Below, one piece after another: positions 13,423 through 26,983 of a stretch of DNA of 64,000 bases. The notes under the pieces were generated by a model, which worked only from the letters and a program-made list of their open reading frames with translations, was not told the origin of the DNA and made no database searches. This DNA is from Bilabrum cf. latius (lineage: Eukaryota). The DNA lies in contig OZ237737.1 in assembly GCA_965178125.1 (NCBI GenBank), forward strand, positions 1,240,001 through 1,304,000. The letters run 5' to 3'. The position numbers and the translations under genes were made by a program. How positions within the stretch are numbered: the first letter of the stretch is position 1; each line of letters opens with the position of its first letter.

Positions 13423-13549
13423 GTCTCAGAACAGTGTGCAGAGTCAAGTCAAGTGTGGCATTCGAGAGCCCGCATCAGCAGTCACTCAGTCTGGCCCTCA
13501 GCGAAGCTCAGGATCGCCATTCTGCGATCGACTGTCCGTAGCAGTCCGG

Positions 13550-14869
13550 TCAGACCAAGCGCACTATATGCGGCTGCAATGTTTTAGTTCCTGCGCGCTG
13601 CAGATTTTCCAGTGTCCATAGCGTCCTGATAGGCCCTGCAGTGGCCTCAGCAGGCAGCCATCTGACCCCTCTCCGCACGCCGATGCTGGCGGCCCACCGG
13701 AGCAGGTCGAATTGCACGCGCTGGACATCGCTAGGAGCCGCCGTGAGATCTGCTCTCCGCTGAATCAGCTCGCGCTGAGCCTGCAGTCCTGCGTACTTCA
13801 TCACCCAGTCGGACATGTCACCAAGAGTGTCGTACGGGACGGAGGTTGCACCCTGTGCTCCGTGTGCTGCGTGTGCTCCAATTCGCAGGCTAGGGGTAGC
13901 AGAAGCAGCGTTCTCAGCGCCCCCCTGCTCTTCATCTTCTGCGTCATGGCCGAAGACGTGCTCTGCAGTACCCAGCCTCTGTGCACGGGCAGCTCGGTGC
14001 ACCTCGCCGCGAGCAGCAGCAGCAATAGCAGCAGCAGCTGTTGCATTATGACAAGCCACTGCGTTTTCCCTGGCACGCTTGGAGCCCACTCGACTCGCCA
14101 GGGTTCCACCCGCGGCGAGGCTGGCTGAGCCTGAGGCAGACGTCGGGCTGTCGCTGCTTCCGCGCCTGGCGTTGCCATCCTCGTCGACGTTGCTATCTTC
14201 GTCTGAGTCATCGCTATCTAACTCAATGATCTTGGTCGCAAGACCATCGGGGGATGAGCGTGCCAGCCCCGCAGATACACCCTTGGCAAATTGCGCTTCC
14301 GGTGCTGATGAGGCGGAACTAGAGACACTGCATTTAGCTTGATTGATGCCTCCATTGCCTGATTTGTATGAATCATCGTCTTGCATAGTTAGATCTACGA
14401 AAAGTGGGCCCGCTTGGGCTTTCTTTGGTGCGCTATTATGCTGCGCAGCACCTGCTCCTGAACTGACGTTGCTGAGGCGTGCGCCAGGGCGTGTAAGTGG
14501 CGCTCCCAGCTAGATGGTATGGATAGAATCAGTCCCAAATAGACAAAAATTAGAGTCGTTGACCTGTTGATGATTCATCTGCGATGCGTGGGCGTGGATA
14601 CTATTCGTCGTTTGAGCTGATTCATGGGCCGCTATCATGCCATGCAGAGCGGAAACAATTGGCAGTTCTTTACTTGTATCGCAAAATCCATTACTATAGC
14701 ATGTACTGGGATGCCTAGAACAGGCATTTACTCTAGATGAAAGCAGATTCGCATGACCGACTAGACTGAGCAATTGCCTTGCTGCCGAGTGTGAACCCAC
14801 ATTCAACTCAAGCCTTACGCAAACAGGCAGATTCAAAACATAAGCATTCATCAATACCCATTGCATCAT
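13550..14869 (-). CDS. Hypothetical Ala/Ser/acidic low-complexity protein; start and 5' exon structure uncertain
   Basis: ORFs 14510-14869 and 13550-14386 share a frame, joined through TAG at 14510. Ends in TGA at 13550. No recognisable domain. Confidence 0.5.
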
Positions 14870-14987
14870 GCATTGCTGGAACTGAAATTCACCTTACCGC
14901 GCAAATCTTGAACTAAATTGGGCATCCAGTAGTGCAAGATTACCGGACTACAACCAGAAAAGGCTTTCCAGAGATGGCAGAAGAAAG

Positions 14988-15572
14988 ATGCGGAATATGG
15001 TCGCCACGTGGATTTCAGACCTTTCTCTGGCTATCTCCAGAGAGAATGCTGTGGCACGGCATAGTATGTTTGTTGAATTAGAACATGACATCAAGGCCTG
15101 CCATCTGGAATTCGCAGACAGCGACGACTCGGAAGACGACCGGAGTCATGTGCAGGACTTCAAAAGACGCAGGGTCAGCGCGTCGGCTGCGGGGCTGCGG
15201 TACCCGCGCAATGGTAAGGGGGTAGATTCCGAGGATGTGGATGGGGTCTCGCTCGATGCTCCCGAGGGAGAGAGCGACAGCCAGACAGAAGCTTCAGATC
15301 TGTCGGACGACGATACGAGCCAGCAGAGCGAGGATGGTGCCGAAGCTGGTGAGTGGAAGCGACCGAAGGCAAGTAAGCGAAGACGGTTCTCGGAAGAACT
15401 GTCCAGTTTGTCTGAGCTAAAGGATGATGATCGAGATGAGGATGGTGTGATGCCGTCAATTTCACTTAGTCCCGCGAACTTCAGGAATGTCGTGAACGCG
15501 GAGCATGCAGTGGTTAAGGTTTCTCAGTAGAGTGCTGACACCAGGCCTGCGAAACGTGCGCGAAATGACTGA
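14988..15572 (+). CDS. Hypothetical acidic protein with basic NLS-like clusters; start uncertain
   Basis: ORF 14988-15530 continues through TAG at 15528 to TGA at 15570-15572. D/E-rich, with KRRR and KRPK..KRRR clusters. Confidence 0.5.
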
Positions 15573-15733
15573 TTAGGGCGGGGGGTTTGCAAGAGGTCCT
15601 TTGTAGCGTGTTGAACTTTCAAGAAGAAGATTAAAACCAGAAAAGGCCACGCAACAAAGAGACCTAGCGCGCAACGGCGGCGTGGGCCAACTCATAAAGG
15701 GAAGCCGAGCTGCCATGAAGTCAGCTCAGAAAA

Positions 15734-18700
15734 TCATACGTGAGACCCAGCTCCAGAGACAGACTCCGTCTGCCTTGAGGCAACGGCTAGCTATCCGCCC
15801 CTGCAGTGCGAGATCAAGTCTCCCGATGCCGTCATCGCACCAGCAGGCATTGCATAAAGGTCAACAGGCAAGGCTGGAAACGATCGTGCCGGCGCGTCGC
15901 TCATGCTCGCTGTAGATGCACTCGATCCCGCCCTGCCCCTCCCTGCCGTCTTGCCGCTGGAGTCCACCACCAAGTCGGCGAGGCTGGACCGCTTCGAGCC
16001 TCTCGCCCTCGAGTGCCCAGGAGTGCTCCTGTGAGCCAGCCCCCTGCGCGCTTCGATTGCTGGCGAGCCGCTGCCACTACGGACAAGCCGTAGGTGGTAC
16101 GCCGCGCAGCTGCCACAGGGCCAGCTGAGCGTCACCGCCTGCCCGCCAAAGTGCACTGCACGATCGTGATGAGGCCGATCGCGGCCGATTCCGACCACGG
16201 GCGCGCCCTGAGGGGGCGTGTCACCATCCTCCGGGAACGTCAAGAGGCAGCCGGGTCTGTCGACAAATGGCACGCCTGCAGCTTCATCGCGCTGCTGGAT
16301 CCCACCTGCAACATCAGGGACAGGCCAGCCCCGTACAGCACCATCGGAGCAAGACACGAGAGCAACGCATCCCCACTGCTTTGATTCGCTCCAGATGCGA
16401 TGCAGCACGACTTGCTGGGCGGGCGCGTGGCAGCGGGCTTGGTGTATGATGCGGGCTTTAAGCCGCTGCCGATCACCGCTATCACCTTCATGCAGTGCAG
16501 TAGCCGCACCAGGACCATCATCCACCTCGCCTCGGGACGATCCTAGTAATGCCCGAACAAACACAGTACCATCCTGCTGCGCACTAGCAAGCAAGGCAGT
16601 CTTTTGCGAGCTTTTGTCCGAGTCTGCGAGCCTGCAATGAGCACACGAAACATCTGAAGCATGAGCCACTGAGGCATACATTGGTTCGGGCCCCCAGAGT
16701 GCTGTGACTCGAACCACACGCAAGTCTGGCACACCGGTAGTCACCAGCAGCTGGCACTCTGATGAATAGCACAGGACCGCTGGCATGGCCTGAGCTTCGG
16801 CACCAGATTCACGCCCGGCTGCCCCGTAGGTTTCGAAGGGTATCATAACGTCACAATCTCGAGCGGCAGCAAGCGGGTCTTGTACCACTGGGATACCAGA
16901 TCTACCATGGGCTGGGCCTTCCAGAGTCTTGGCAGCATCTGAAGCATCAAGGCTGCTGAGAGGCACTCGGAAGTGGCACGGCCGCACCCTTCGCTCGCCA
17001 GGTGCCGGTGTGCAGGATGCATCGGCCACGACTGCCCCCATGCTCGCCGATCGGCGCTGCACACTAATCGCTGCGCCTTTGCTACGAGAAACCGTTTCTG
17101 ATGCACCCACCTCGGGAGCGACACCTGGCCTACTGCCAACGAACACGTCCAGGTGCAGCTGGTTCTGCATGAAAAGCTCGGTCTCACTCGCATCCTCACC
17201 ACAGCCGCACGGCGCACTCACGATGCTTACAGATTGGTACAGCGGTACTCGGCAGCTGGGATCAGATGCAAGCGTGTGCCTCTTGGCCCCCGATGGCAGC
17301 GAACTCGGCTAAGCAAGCCACATACTCGGCAAAAGACTCCATCGAGCTGAGCTGGTGTCGCCGGTGCAAGAAAGGATGCAAAGCAGCGACTAACCCGTCC
17401 AAGAAGTTGCTAAAATGAGAGAAGAATCCAATCTGCCGCTGCAAAGAACTGCAAGCGCTGCGCAGCCCCCTTGAAAGTTGCTCGCCATCGAGGTGTCCGA
17501 CTTGCTCGGTAGCCCTGGGAGACTGGCAGGTGGTTGCATAATGCTATTCGGGTTTAATGTGTCGATTCGCAGCCGAAAGGAACCCGTCCTGCCAAATCGG
17601 CTTCCGGCAGCGGCCATACCCACCCTGCTAGATCCGATCCTTCGCATCGATTTGCCCCTCGTCGCTCTCTCGGGAAGGATACTTGTCTGCAGTCCAGTGT
17701 TCACTAGCTCGTCTGAGTAGTCAAATGCATCTGCACTCGCTCGACGACGTCGAGTGGATGCCCCTCCCACTTGGTGCGCCCGTGCCCGCACCAATGCAAC
17801 GTCAAGTGTAGCCACCGGCTGCCAAGCCCCATTATGATCTCGCACGAGTGCTGTGATAGATCCGGCCTGATTGGACAACACTAACGCGTCAACAACAGAC
17901 TTATCGGAACGTCGCAGCTGCCCAGAGGCATAGGCTACTGCAGAATCAGACACAATAGCCGCGCTCTCGCACCATTCCTCTGCACTATCAGTTGGTAACT
18001 TGCTGTGTGCGGTGCTAGCCGCTGCTGTTTGCAAGAATGTAGCAATAGAGATTGGAACCCTGACCGTGTTTGTCTAGAGTACCTCTTGCACAAAGTGCAA
18101 CGCAGCAGCAGCGAACTTTGGTCCGCCTGCCTGTGCTGATGCCATGGAAAGCAAAGCCATAGGGCTGGCATCCTGGCGATCTACCATATCCACCGCATGC
18201 TCCAGAACCGTTCTCAGCTGGACATAGACATCAGAGGGGATCGCTATATGTCGGGATGGCACAATTCTTGCCTCGCAGTAACTCAGGCATGACGAGATCA
18301 AGACTAGTCCCAGGAGAGGACTAGCTGTACACAGCGTGTGCAGCTCGCTCATCACAGCCACTCGGTCGGAATCCATGCAGCCTGCTTCAGTTGATTTGGC
18401 ACGTACACTTCGATCCATTTGTGCTGCTGTAGCAGTCAGACCGACTTTTCCTACAGGACTGGCATCCGGGCCAGGACCGGGGTCCTACTGGTTGACTGAA
18501 CTGCCCGTAGCCACCGAGGCACCATCAGATACGGAGCTATCGTCGTCATCGCCATCTGAGAAACTCATGACTTCGCCGAAATCACCGCGCAAATGCCGCT
18601 GACCATCAACTTCTAAATTGAAGGGCTCTATTTCAAACTCTGGTGTGCCTTGATGTGAGCTTGAAATGGACCTCATGTTTGGGTGAGACTCTAAGACGGC

Positions 18701-21700
18701 TGCTCCGGCTCCACTCGCGGCATGCTGCAGCCTCCTCGCGGTGGAATCCGGAGATATCGAACTCGACACGACGGATTTATGTTGCTCGCGAGACCTCCCT
18801 ATGATGGTTCGGGCGCCACCATGTTGCGATTCGGATGCATTCGAAGATAGCGTGGCCGAATCCCGCGGCGTAGGCTCCACGGTGCTGTCGAACATGCCTC
18901 CGCTGCGGACGTCGTCGTCTGCTGACGAGCACAAGGCGTCTACCACATCTAGCACTGCAATTGTGGGGACAATCTACTGGCCTAGCATCTCACCGATAGA
19001 GTCTCCCCGGTCACGGTCGACCGAGAGGCCCTGTAGCAGCTGCACAACTGGCCTGTTGCGGTAAGTCTCCAGCCATGCCCCGGCAGGCACGGCGTGTCGC
19101 AAGGATGCGTGCAGCACTCTATCCTCTCGCGAGCAGAATAACTCGTGCTCAAGCATTGAGGTAAGCTCACCTGCGCCTGGCTCGCACGTGCTGTCACTGT
19201 CCCCTGACCAGTCGAAGGGCAAGTGCACCTGCAGCAGTGAGAGAGTACCTGCTGCCGCTCCCGACCCAGATATGTAGAACGGAATCAAAGCCTCCGGTCT
19301 AGCAATAGGGCTCTTCTAAATGACTATGGTAGTTGGTGCGATGGCTGGGATCGCTCCAACCAAAGCTGCCGAAAATAGCGCTATTCCCCCGGCTAGCCGA
19401 GGTGAACCGTTCGAATGCAAGACTGGCGCGCGACTTGGGGTTATCTCAATGTAGCCCAGTTCTGCACCGGAAAACTGAAGGGAATCGCCCTCTGTCGTGA
19501 CATGCACCGGAAATATAGAGAATACGATTCGGCCGCTGCGGCAAGCTGCCCGCTTCACAGTACAGACGGATTGGACAGCATTCATACGCGTGGATAGCGT
19601 CTCTGCGCACCACTTCACCACTGCCGTAGGGTTCGATTCTTTAATAGATACATCAACATCGCTAGCGTATAAACGATCCAGTTGGTGAGTAAATTCGCTG
19701 GCTGCGGTGCACAAAAGATCGCGAAACGCTGTCGGCAACGCAAGCACGCCCCGAACTCGTCGACGAGCGCGGCCTGATGCGCGCAGTGCCTCAGGGCCCA
19801 CAGCAGCGGCAGCATTCTCCCATGCAACCAGCCGCTCCACGAGAATTTGGGCTGCCTAGCTAGTTGCTACCCGTCGAAGATACTTCTACTAGCTCCAGGC
19901 CGTCTTTTTCAATGCAGCACCTCCCACAGCCGCACCTGGCGATGGCGACATCAAACGACAGTGCATAGCAGTAAACCACGCGGCATTCGGCCCGGGTCGC
20001 CATCCTAGCAGGTTGCCTGCACCGAGCAACATGGGCGCAAACAAACGTGCCAGGCATGCCCACGTGATGACGGCTGCCTCAAGGGGGCTGTCAAAGGGAC
20101 GACGATGCCAGCTGCTGGCAAGAGACGTTTCACATACACGGACCTACTCGAGGCCTTGGAGAAGCACGGAAGCATCAAACACCTATTCTACCTGCGCTTC
20201 AAGCGCGTCTTCAACGTGATCGGGGGAGTCTAACGGGCACACCACATCCACGAGGGCTGGGAGAAGCTTGCCTTGCCAAACCTGCCCTGTGTCAGCGTCA
20301 ATGATGGCAACACCGTGCTGCTGCTTGTTCGTGTACCACCTGCGCAACTTGCAGTCTGATCGAAGCGATTGCAGCTAATCAGATCTATCAGTTTCTCGCT
20401 CAGCACCCTTGCCATTCCCGCAAAGAGTTCGCAGGCAAGTCCTGGCGGCCTCTCTGGTGCACCCGTATAGAAATGGTACGGGCGCCGCAAGAAGCTTGGA
20501 GAGCAGCTAACCTGGAACAAGCGGGAGCACAGGGAGCTCCCACTGCATCGGCAGAAGTAACTCAAGGAATGCAAGTACCGTGGCAGACACATCTGAGGGG
20601 CACTTCCCAATTACGATGGTTCGCCGCTCCGATACTAAGCCAAGCACGCCCTGCAGCACAGCAAATGACGAGAGTCTCGCCGCGCGACCCGTAATAGCCA
20701 ACAAGGGCAACCGTGTCGGACCGTGTGCGCCAAGCAGGGGGTGCCGAGGGAGAATGGTGTCGACTCCGTCCAGCAGATGACTCGATGTCTTGTCATTAGA
20801 GCCGTCTGTGGACCAGTCCGCTGCAGTCCTTCCGACGCATACAAAGCTGCGGGGTGGGCCATGGGTGCTTGAGCTCTACTTGGGATCAGTTGAGCCGTTC
20901 GAGGTACTGGCCGTGCTAGCATGACCTGAAGCCTTGTTGGCTGGAATGCGAAGTCCCGGGGAGATGGTAGCTGGTGCACTGCAGTGCTGCAGCTGGTCAA
21001 CCCATGGTACTAGCCTGTCCAGACCCGGCCCGCTGGTGGGGCTGGAGCAGTCCGGGCCTGGTGCAGCCACATAGTCCCCAGCAGCCAATTGGTGGCTAGA
21101 GGCAGCTATCAATGTGTTCAACAGCATCCCGGCTCTAGATCGCAGGAAGGGCACGGTGCTCATGCTCCTGGACACCAGCACCACGCAGACTTGAATCTGT
21201 GAGGTGGGTGGGCGCGCCGAGCTGCCAGCATCATGGTGTTTCAGGGCAACTGTGCAAGGACAGGAAGATGCTGCATAGACACGCGTGTGCGGTTCAGGTA
21301 GCCTGGTTACCAGCGCAACTGCCCTTTGCATGAACGAGTCGCGTGCATCGGCACTCGACGGCCCAGCCGCCCGCATGGAGGACCCGGTAGACTCCTCCTT
21401 TACTTCACCGCTGAGGGACTCAACAATGAAAGGCGCAAGTTGGGGCGGCAGCTAGGAATGCTCGCTGTCGGTCTTTGGCCATCTCCACAGCATGTGCTGC
21501 TCCATCCAGTGTGAGGCGGCTGCGTCAGGGTCTGTGGCACATTCTCGGTGTGCCGCAGATGGGCCGTCCCGGCCTGCCACAGCCCGCCACGCTCGCGAGA
21601 CCTCAGCCAGTGCCGGGGCATCGAGTGTCCTTTCCTAATCAACGCAAAGGGGCTCTCTGCCTGAAGTGACCGCTAATTTCCATCCAATCACTGCGCAATA

Positions 21701-24700
21701 ATCCACGAGAGGAATCCCCGGCGGACTGGTGCCTCCAAGCTGCGATATTGCAGCGCTAACCCGAACCTGCCCAAACTTAGAGAGCCCGCTAGATGGTGAA
21801 GCGTGTTGCGTCATTGAATCAGAATCGGAGGTATCTTTCTCGCTGGGTGAATCGGTCCGGCTTGCATCTCGAGCGCTTGTGCCGGTGGCATCAGCAATGC
21901 TTGCTTCGTTGCTCGCCGCCTCTTCCACAAGAACGGAAAGACGGCACGTCGGGCAGCCCAATGGACTCTATTCTGGTGCTGTAAATTCGTAGTATGACCT
22001 CGATTTGGTTCCCGTCGCAAATCGGTTGATTTCTAGCCGGACTGCGAGCAACACAGCAAAAGCAGGAATCGATCGCAGCGTTGAGCCACGCGACAAGTTC
22101 TAGCAACACGTTTGCCACCTCAAGCTCACGGGTTCCTAGAAGCATTGCCTTGTCAGCTGTAGCATCTGCTGCAGCGGCAAGGCATCTAATTTGGAACGAC
22201 CCAGAATCATCGGACGATACGACTGTCATGTCGTCCCCGATTCCGTGAAGCCCCGACGGGATCTTTGACGGCAAGCTGGCACTGCTAATAGAGAATCGTA
22301 TGCCATTCTCCTCTTCTGCGACATGCCAGAGACCGTAAAAAGGGACTAATCCTTTCAGATAGGGTGCAGCAACCGATGCAAGACAGCAAACAACTTGCTT
22401 GAAGCCTTACCAGGACTGAGCTGCTGGGTGCCGAGTACCATGCTAAGGACAGACACTTTGATTGTTTTCATGGCGCTGGATCCATTCTGTGAGTCATTGC
22501 TACAAAGCTCTGAATGACGGTTGAAATTGTCTACTGCATGTGTCACCGATTCGGAGCCGACACATCTGCGCCAACGCGCAGGCCATCTTGGCGGCTCTAC
22601 CCGCGGGTTCATGTACTAACGAGAGTGGATCATTCAAGCGCCTTACAACCAAAACCTGATGGCTCCACCACTCACTGAGACAAGCCCGAGTCTCACAGAA
22701 CCCTCGGACAGCAACGGCACCCAGCGCACAGACACGACGGGCCCGTGGTGTGGGATAGCCTCGTCGTCACACCCTCCCTTTGTGTCACCTTCGTCGCCCC
22801 TGCCAGAGTGCTCCTCAGCCGTGCTTGTCTCAGCTGCCAGTGGGGCCACTTCCGGTTGCCATGGCAGGGGCAGGGGCCAGGCCTCCCGCAAACGAGTCCG
22901 ACGTGCGAGCTGCTGACTTTGTCCTGGCACTGACCCTGGTTCTGGTAGTGAGTGAGATCTCTGTGGCGACAACTAGCCCCGTTGAGCAGCCGAGTTGCCA
23001 CTAGCGATGCCACGCTGGCCCGACAAAGCGCCGATCGAGCTTGCATGCGAATCACAAGACCCGAGCGTGCATGCGACACCACGCCTACCCGTGCTCCACA
23101 CATGCACGCGCCCATCTTCGCCTCCAGCCGCAATGCTCAGTCCGTCCCCGGCCCCAATTGAGTCCAATTCAGCCCAGGCATACGCATGCAGCCTGCCGTG
23201 TAATCTCGCCAGCACTCGCCGGCGGGCAGGTCGAAGCACCCCGGGGCCGCAACCATTATCGGAGCGAACGTTCTGTATGGCACTCACCTCGATGGGCCTG
23301 CCCCTCGGCATCGAAACCAGGGCCAACGCGGCTGATGCTGCGTGGACGGCCCGTCGGTGCTAGCCCCTGTCCCCAACATGGGGATTGCTCCACCGCCACG
23401 GTGCTGCAGGAGCAGCTTCATCCTCCGGTGCGTCTGGCTATGATGCAGACGGTGTATCACCGCGGCGCCGTTGCTTCCTGCGGCGCCCCTGTCTCGGAGA
23501 GTATGATGGTCGCTCGGCCAGCATGCTAGTGGGGGGCCCTACTGACACGCTCGAAGTCAGCACCGGGAGCGGCCCGCCCACCCTGCTCTCCAGCAGGCCA
23601 AGGTACCTTTCCCTAGCCTTGCGCTTGGCTCGCTCTCTCGCAGTGTCCGGAGAGACGGACCGAGAGCCAGCCCCGCTTGCGGACCGAGAGCCAGCCAAGA
23701 CGCTTGTTCCAGTCGAATCATCGAAGGCAAGCTCATCTTCATCGAGCATGTCTGGCTGATCAACTCCTGCCAAGACGCTTGCTGCGGCACTGCTGCTGCT
23801 AATCCTGGCGCCATGACCTTCTGTCCGTCTACGCTGGCGATCCACCACGCTCTGTCCCTCCGGCTCCACCTCATAGTTGCGCTTCCAGGCGGCACCCAAC
23901 GCACCCAATTCCGGCCATCTCGGATCGAAAGCAGCTGTTTCATCGATGCTGCTCGTTGACGCCTGCACAGACTGACTGTTTGCTCCTATAGTTGAGCTAC
24001 CTTCAGTCGCTATACCTGGGTTGGTCGCTGGCTCGTTGTGTTTCGGCCACGATGGATGGGGCGCCTGGCCCAAGCCCCGCTTGTGCCAGTACAGCGCAGC
24101 TGCAGCCTCTGCTCTGGTACCCATAGCAGTCAAGTCTACAGCAACTCCAACCATGGAATCGATCGACTAGTCATCTTGTACTTCACCGACCGCGCCGTCA
24201 GCCAAGGATTGTTTGGGAGGTTGGGATGCATTGCTGGCGCTTGCCTAGCCATTCGATTTCGAGTCACTCAACCCTGTTATCTCACGGCAGAAGAGCGGCA
24301 GTCGTAGAACAAGGTCAGGCGGACAGCCACTGCCTGCAACCACTGGGATATGCACAGCTTTGGGGCCTCGTCTGGCCGACTTCCGCGCGCCTCGAGGAGG
24401 CGTGTGCATGGAGGATGTACCTGAGCCGGCAGACGGTTCCCGTGGAGCGCAAGCAGCAGAAACTGCCCCATCCAAGTGCGACCATGAGTGCTACCACGCA
24501 AGCATGTGAAGTCGCTGTAAAGTGGGTCCGAGGTCCAATATCATTGCCCGGGGCCTGCTAGCACCTGTCGGTCGAGGCAACTGTCCGCACGCAGCAGTGG
24601 CAGTAGACTCGAAGGCCGATGCGTGCGCTGGCAAGGAGACAGAGCCGCGGCGTTCTGCAGCCCGAACTGCCGCTGATTGAGCGTAGCCGAGCGGTGCGTG

Positions 24701-26719
24701 CAGGCTGGCCGGGGGAGGAGCATAGTAGGACTCCGTGGGAACCCCAACTAGCGGCTCAGGGCAATGGCGACACAGACACGTCACAGCCGGAGCGCCCGCC
24801 TGAGTAGGCTTTGCGGGTCGCGAGCCCCGCATGGAAAGCACTGGTTCCAGTTGTTGCCGTAGTACCAGAGACATGGTGTATTCTTCCCGTTGAGGATTTG
24901 CCAGCATGATCCATCCCATTGTCTGACCGCCCGTCCATGTCGCAAGCAGAAGCAGGGTGCCGCACGTGCTTGATCGAGAGGGACCACAGGATGCCTGTGG
25001 CGTAAGGCTTCCATGCGCCGCCCATAGCCACGCAATCCCTGCAATGGATCCCTGCTCCTGCACGGCTTGCATGGTCCACACTGTCCTGCCGATGGAGATG
25101 TACCTGTCTCGCACTGCTCCCGTAAGTACTGTTGACACACGAAGCTCTCCGTCGCTCGAACCAAACGCAAGAAAGCGCGTCGACTCTGGATGAGGATATG
25201 GAGGAATACTTGGTACTTGCGCAGTCGGCATGCCGGAAATGACTGGAGATAGGGCCAGGGAAACGATTCCACCCTTCATCGCCTCCCACTCCTGGGCGGC
25301 AGCAGCACCACTCGTCCCAGGCAGACCGCTGTGCAGCCGGCTGTCCCACGTACAAATATCAGGTTGGACAAAACGGTTGTAGTGACTACCGACCGCAGAA
25401 GCCCACGCAGCAGGTGCTATCGCGCTGCTCGTCGCAGCGCCGCTCAATGAGTCGCTTGGCAGGCACAGGCGCACTCGCGAGAGCAGGACATCGCCACCCG
25501 ATAATCCAGCTGCAGCAATAATGCCAGCACCGTCTTCATCTGGAACAGCGTCAATGCTGATAGATTCCTGCGCCACTTGTGTGCTCTGGGCTCCAGAGCG
25601 AGCAGAGGTCTCTGTCCTTGCTGCTGCTGCTGCTGCTGCTGCTGCCGCGTCCTCCGTGGCAGCATCATCGCCAGCTTCGCTCGCGTCTCGATCAGCTAGG
25701 CGACCTGATCGACTAGCCTGGCTCTCCAAAGCGATTCCAATGCTTGCGACTGGCCTCCCTTCGAACTCGATTACCGCCGGGCCTGTATCGCCGGTTCTGC
25801 CGGGCCCGGCTCGCTTGGTAGAGCTAGTATCCGGTTCCTGCCGCTCTGTACTGTCAGGCTTTGTATCGTCTGATGCTCCTCTCGTGGTAGAGACCTTTCC
25901 ACCGCTGACGGGCTGCGTTGGTGCCATCTACGAGAACTCGAATCCACTGCTCGCACTCATGGCTTGTAGCAGCTTTCCTGGGCGGACTGCGTCAGTACCG
26001 GGAGGTGGCGGCTTCACGCAGGCTCTAAACAGCGCGAGCAAAAGCCCAATTCTTCTGTTTGTAGAGGTTTTACTGCCCCCATTCGACTTATACTCGGATA
26101 AAGACACATGAGCTGCGATTTTCGCGATACTGGAAGCCGACAGGCACAGCGAGACCGGCAGCGAGGAAGCTCCGCTTCGGATCGCAAGGCTGCCCGCTCG
26201 ACCTAGATCTTCAAAGCATGGTCCCCCGAGCCGAACCAGACCTTTCACGATACGGAGTGATACAATACCTTCGTGCTCGTGTAGGCCTTCTTGCTGCCTT
26301 CTCTTGATCATTTCGGACAGCTGGTGCATGGCTTCAAATTGCTGCGGTGATTCACGCAGGATTTCCTGGCCAATCGCGAGAGCGAAAGTATCGGCCACGT
26401 CACGACTGTGCGCACAATGCAGAAAGCTAGATTCGTAACTTGTTGGTTGGCAGCACAATTTGAGAGCCTCAAAGAAGTGCCCGCTCGTGATAGACCTCTG
26501 CATGGAATCGACCGCTGTCTGCCAGAAAGACGCCTTATCAATCGATATACTACCTGAGGCTTCGAGCCGAAGCTATTTTGCTATTTCTAACTTTCCCATG
26601 GCTGCACATGCGTCTGCCATTGCCAGTAGGGCTGCACGAGAACTCACGAAGGCAGCGCCTTCACCACTAGTGGATGTTCTTGCCCCGACTGGAACAGACT
26701 CCTGTTCATTGCCAGCCAT
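15734..26719 (-). CDS. Very large LisH-CTLH + WD40-like + possible C2 + uDENN/cDENN/dDENN + C-terminal WD40-like protein (putative Rab GEF/scaffold)
   Basis: ATG at 26719 directly after an in-frame TAA. About 26 in-frame TAGs. Introns 22566-22646 and 22316-22410, plus a less certain third one near 21979-22129. LisH-like LLAMADACAAMGKLEIAK*LRLEA; CTLH-like MQRSITSGHFFEALKLC; WD40-like FLAFGSSDGELRV and IAAGGEDGRVHVW; DENN motifs LVDYCAVIG, LWRWPKTD..LPPQLAPF, LVSERRTIVI..LLLPMQWELPVLPLVP, LAAPVPFLYG, VAIIDAD. TGA at 15734. Confidence 0.75.
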
Positions 26720-26848
26720 TTACGGAGGAATCTTCAAATTAAAAGAACAATTGATCTATTCACTGGCTTCTGGTTTTTCACGGTAATTTAAACGAGCCAA
26801 AAAGAATGCTTGGTCGGAGCTAAGTGCAAACTGCAACTGCCGCGCCGG

Positions 26849-26873
26849 CGGGCCGCCGCGGGCCGGCGGCCCG
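26849..26873. promoter_or_regulatory. Perfect 10-bp GC hairpin within a ~40-nt pure G/C tract in an AT-rich intergenic spacer
   Basis: CGGGCCGCCG-cgggc-CGGCGGCCCG, between the stop of the upstream gene (26984) and the ATG at 26719. Function unknown. Confidence 0.35.
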
Positions 26874-26983
26874 GGCGCTGCCTTGATCAAATTCGATCCA
26901 CCCATGATGGCTGGTACCGTGCTCACTGGGCACACCGTGTAACTTGCTTTGCAATAAGATAGAGATGCGGATCAAATGTAACA

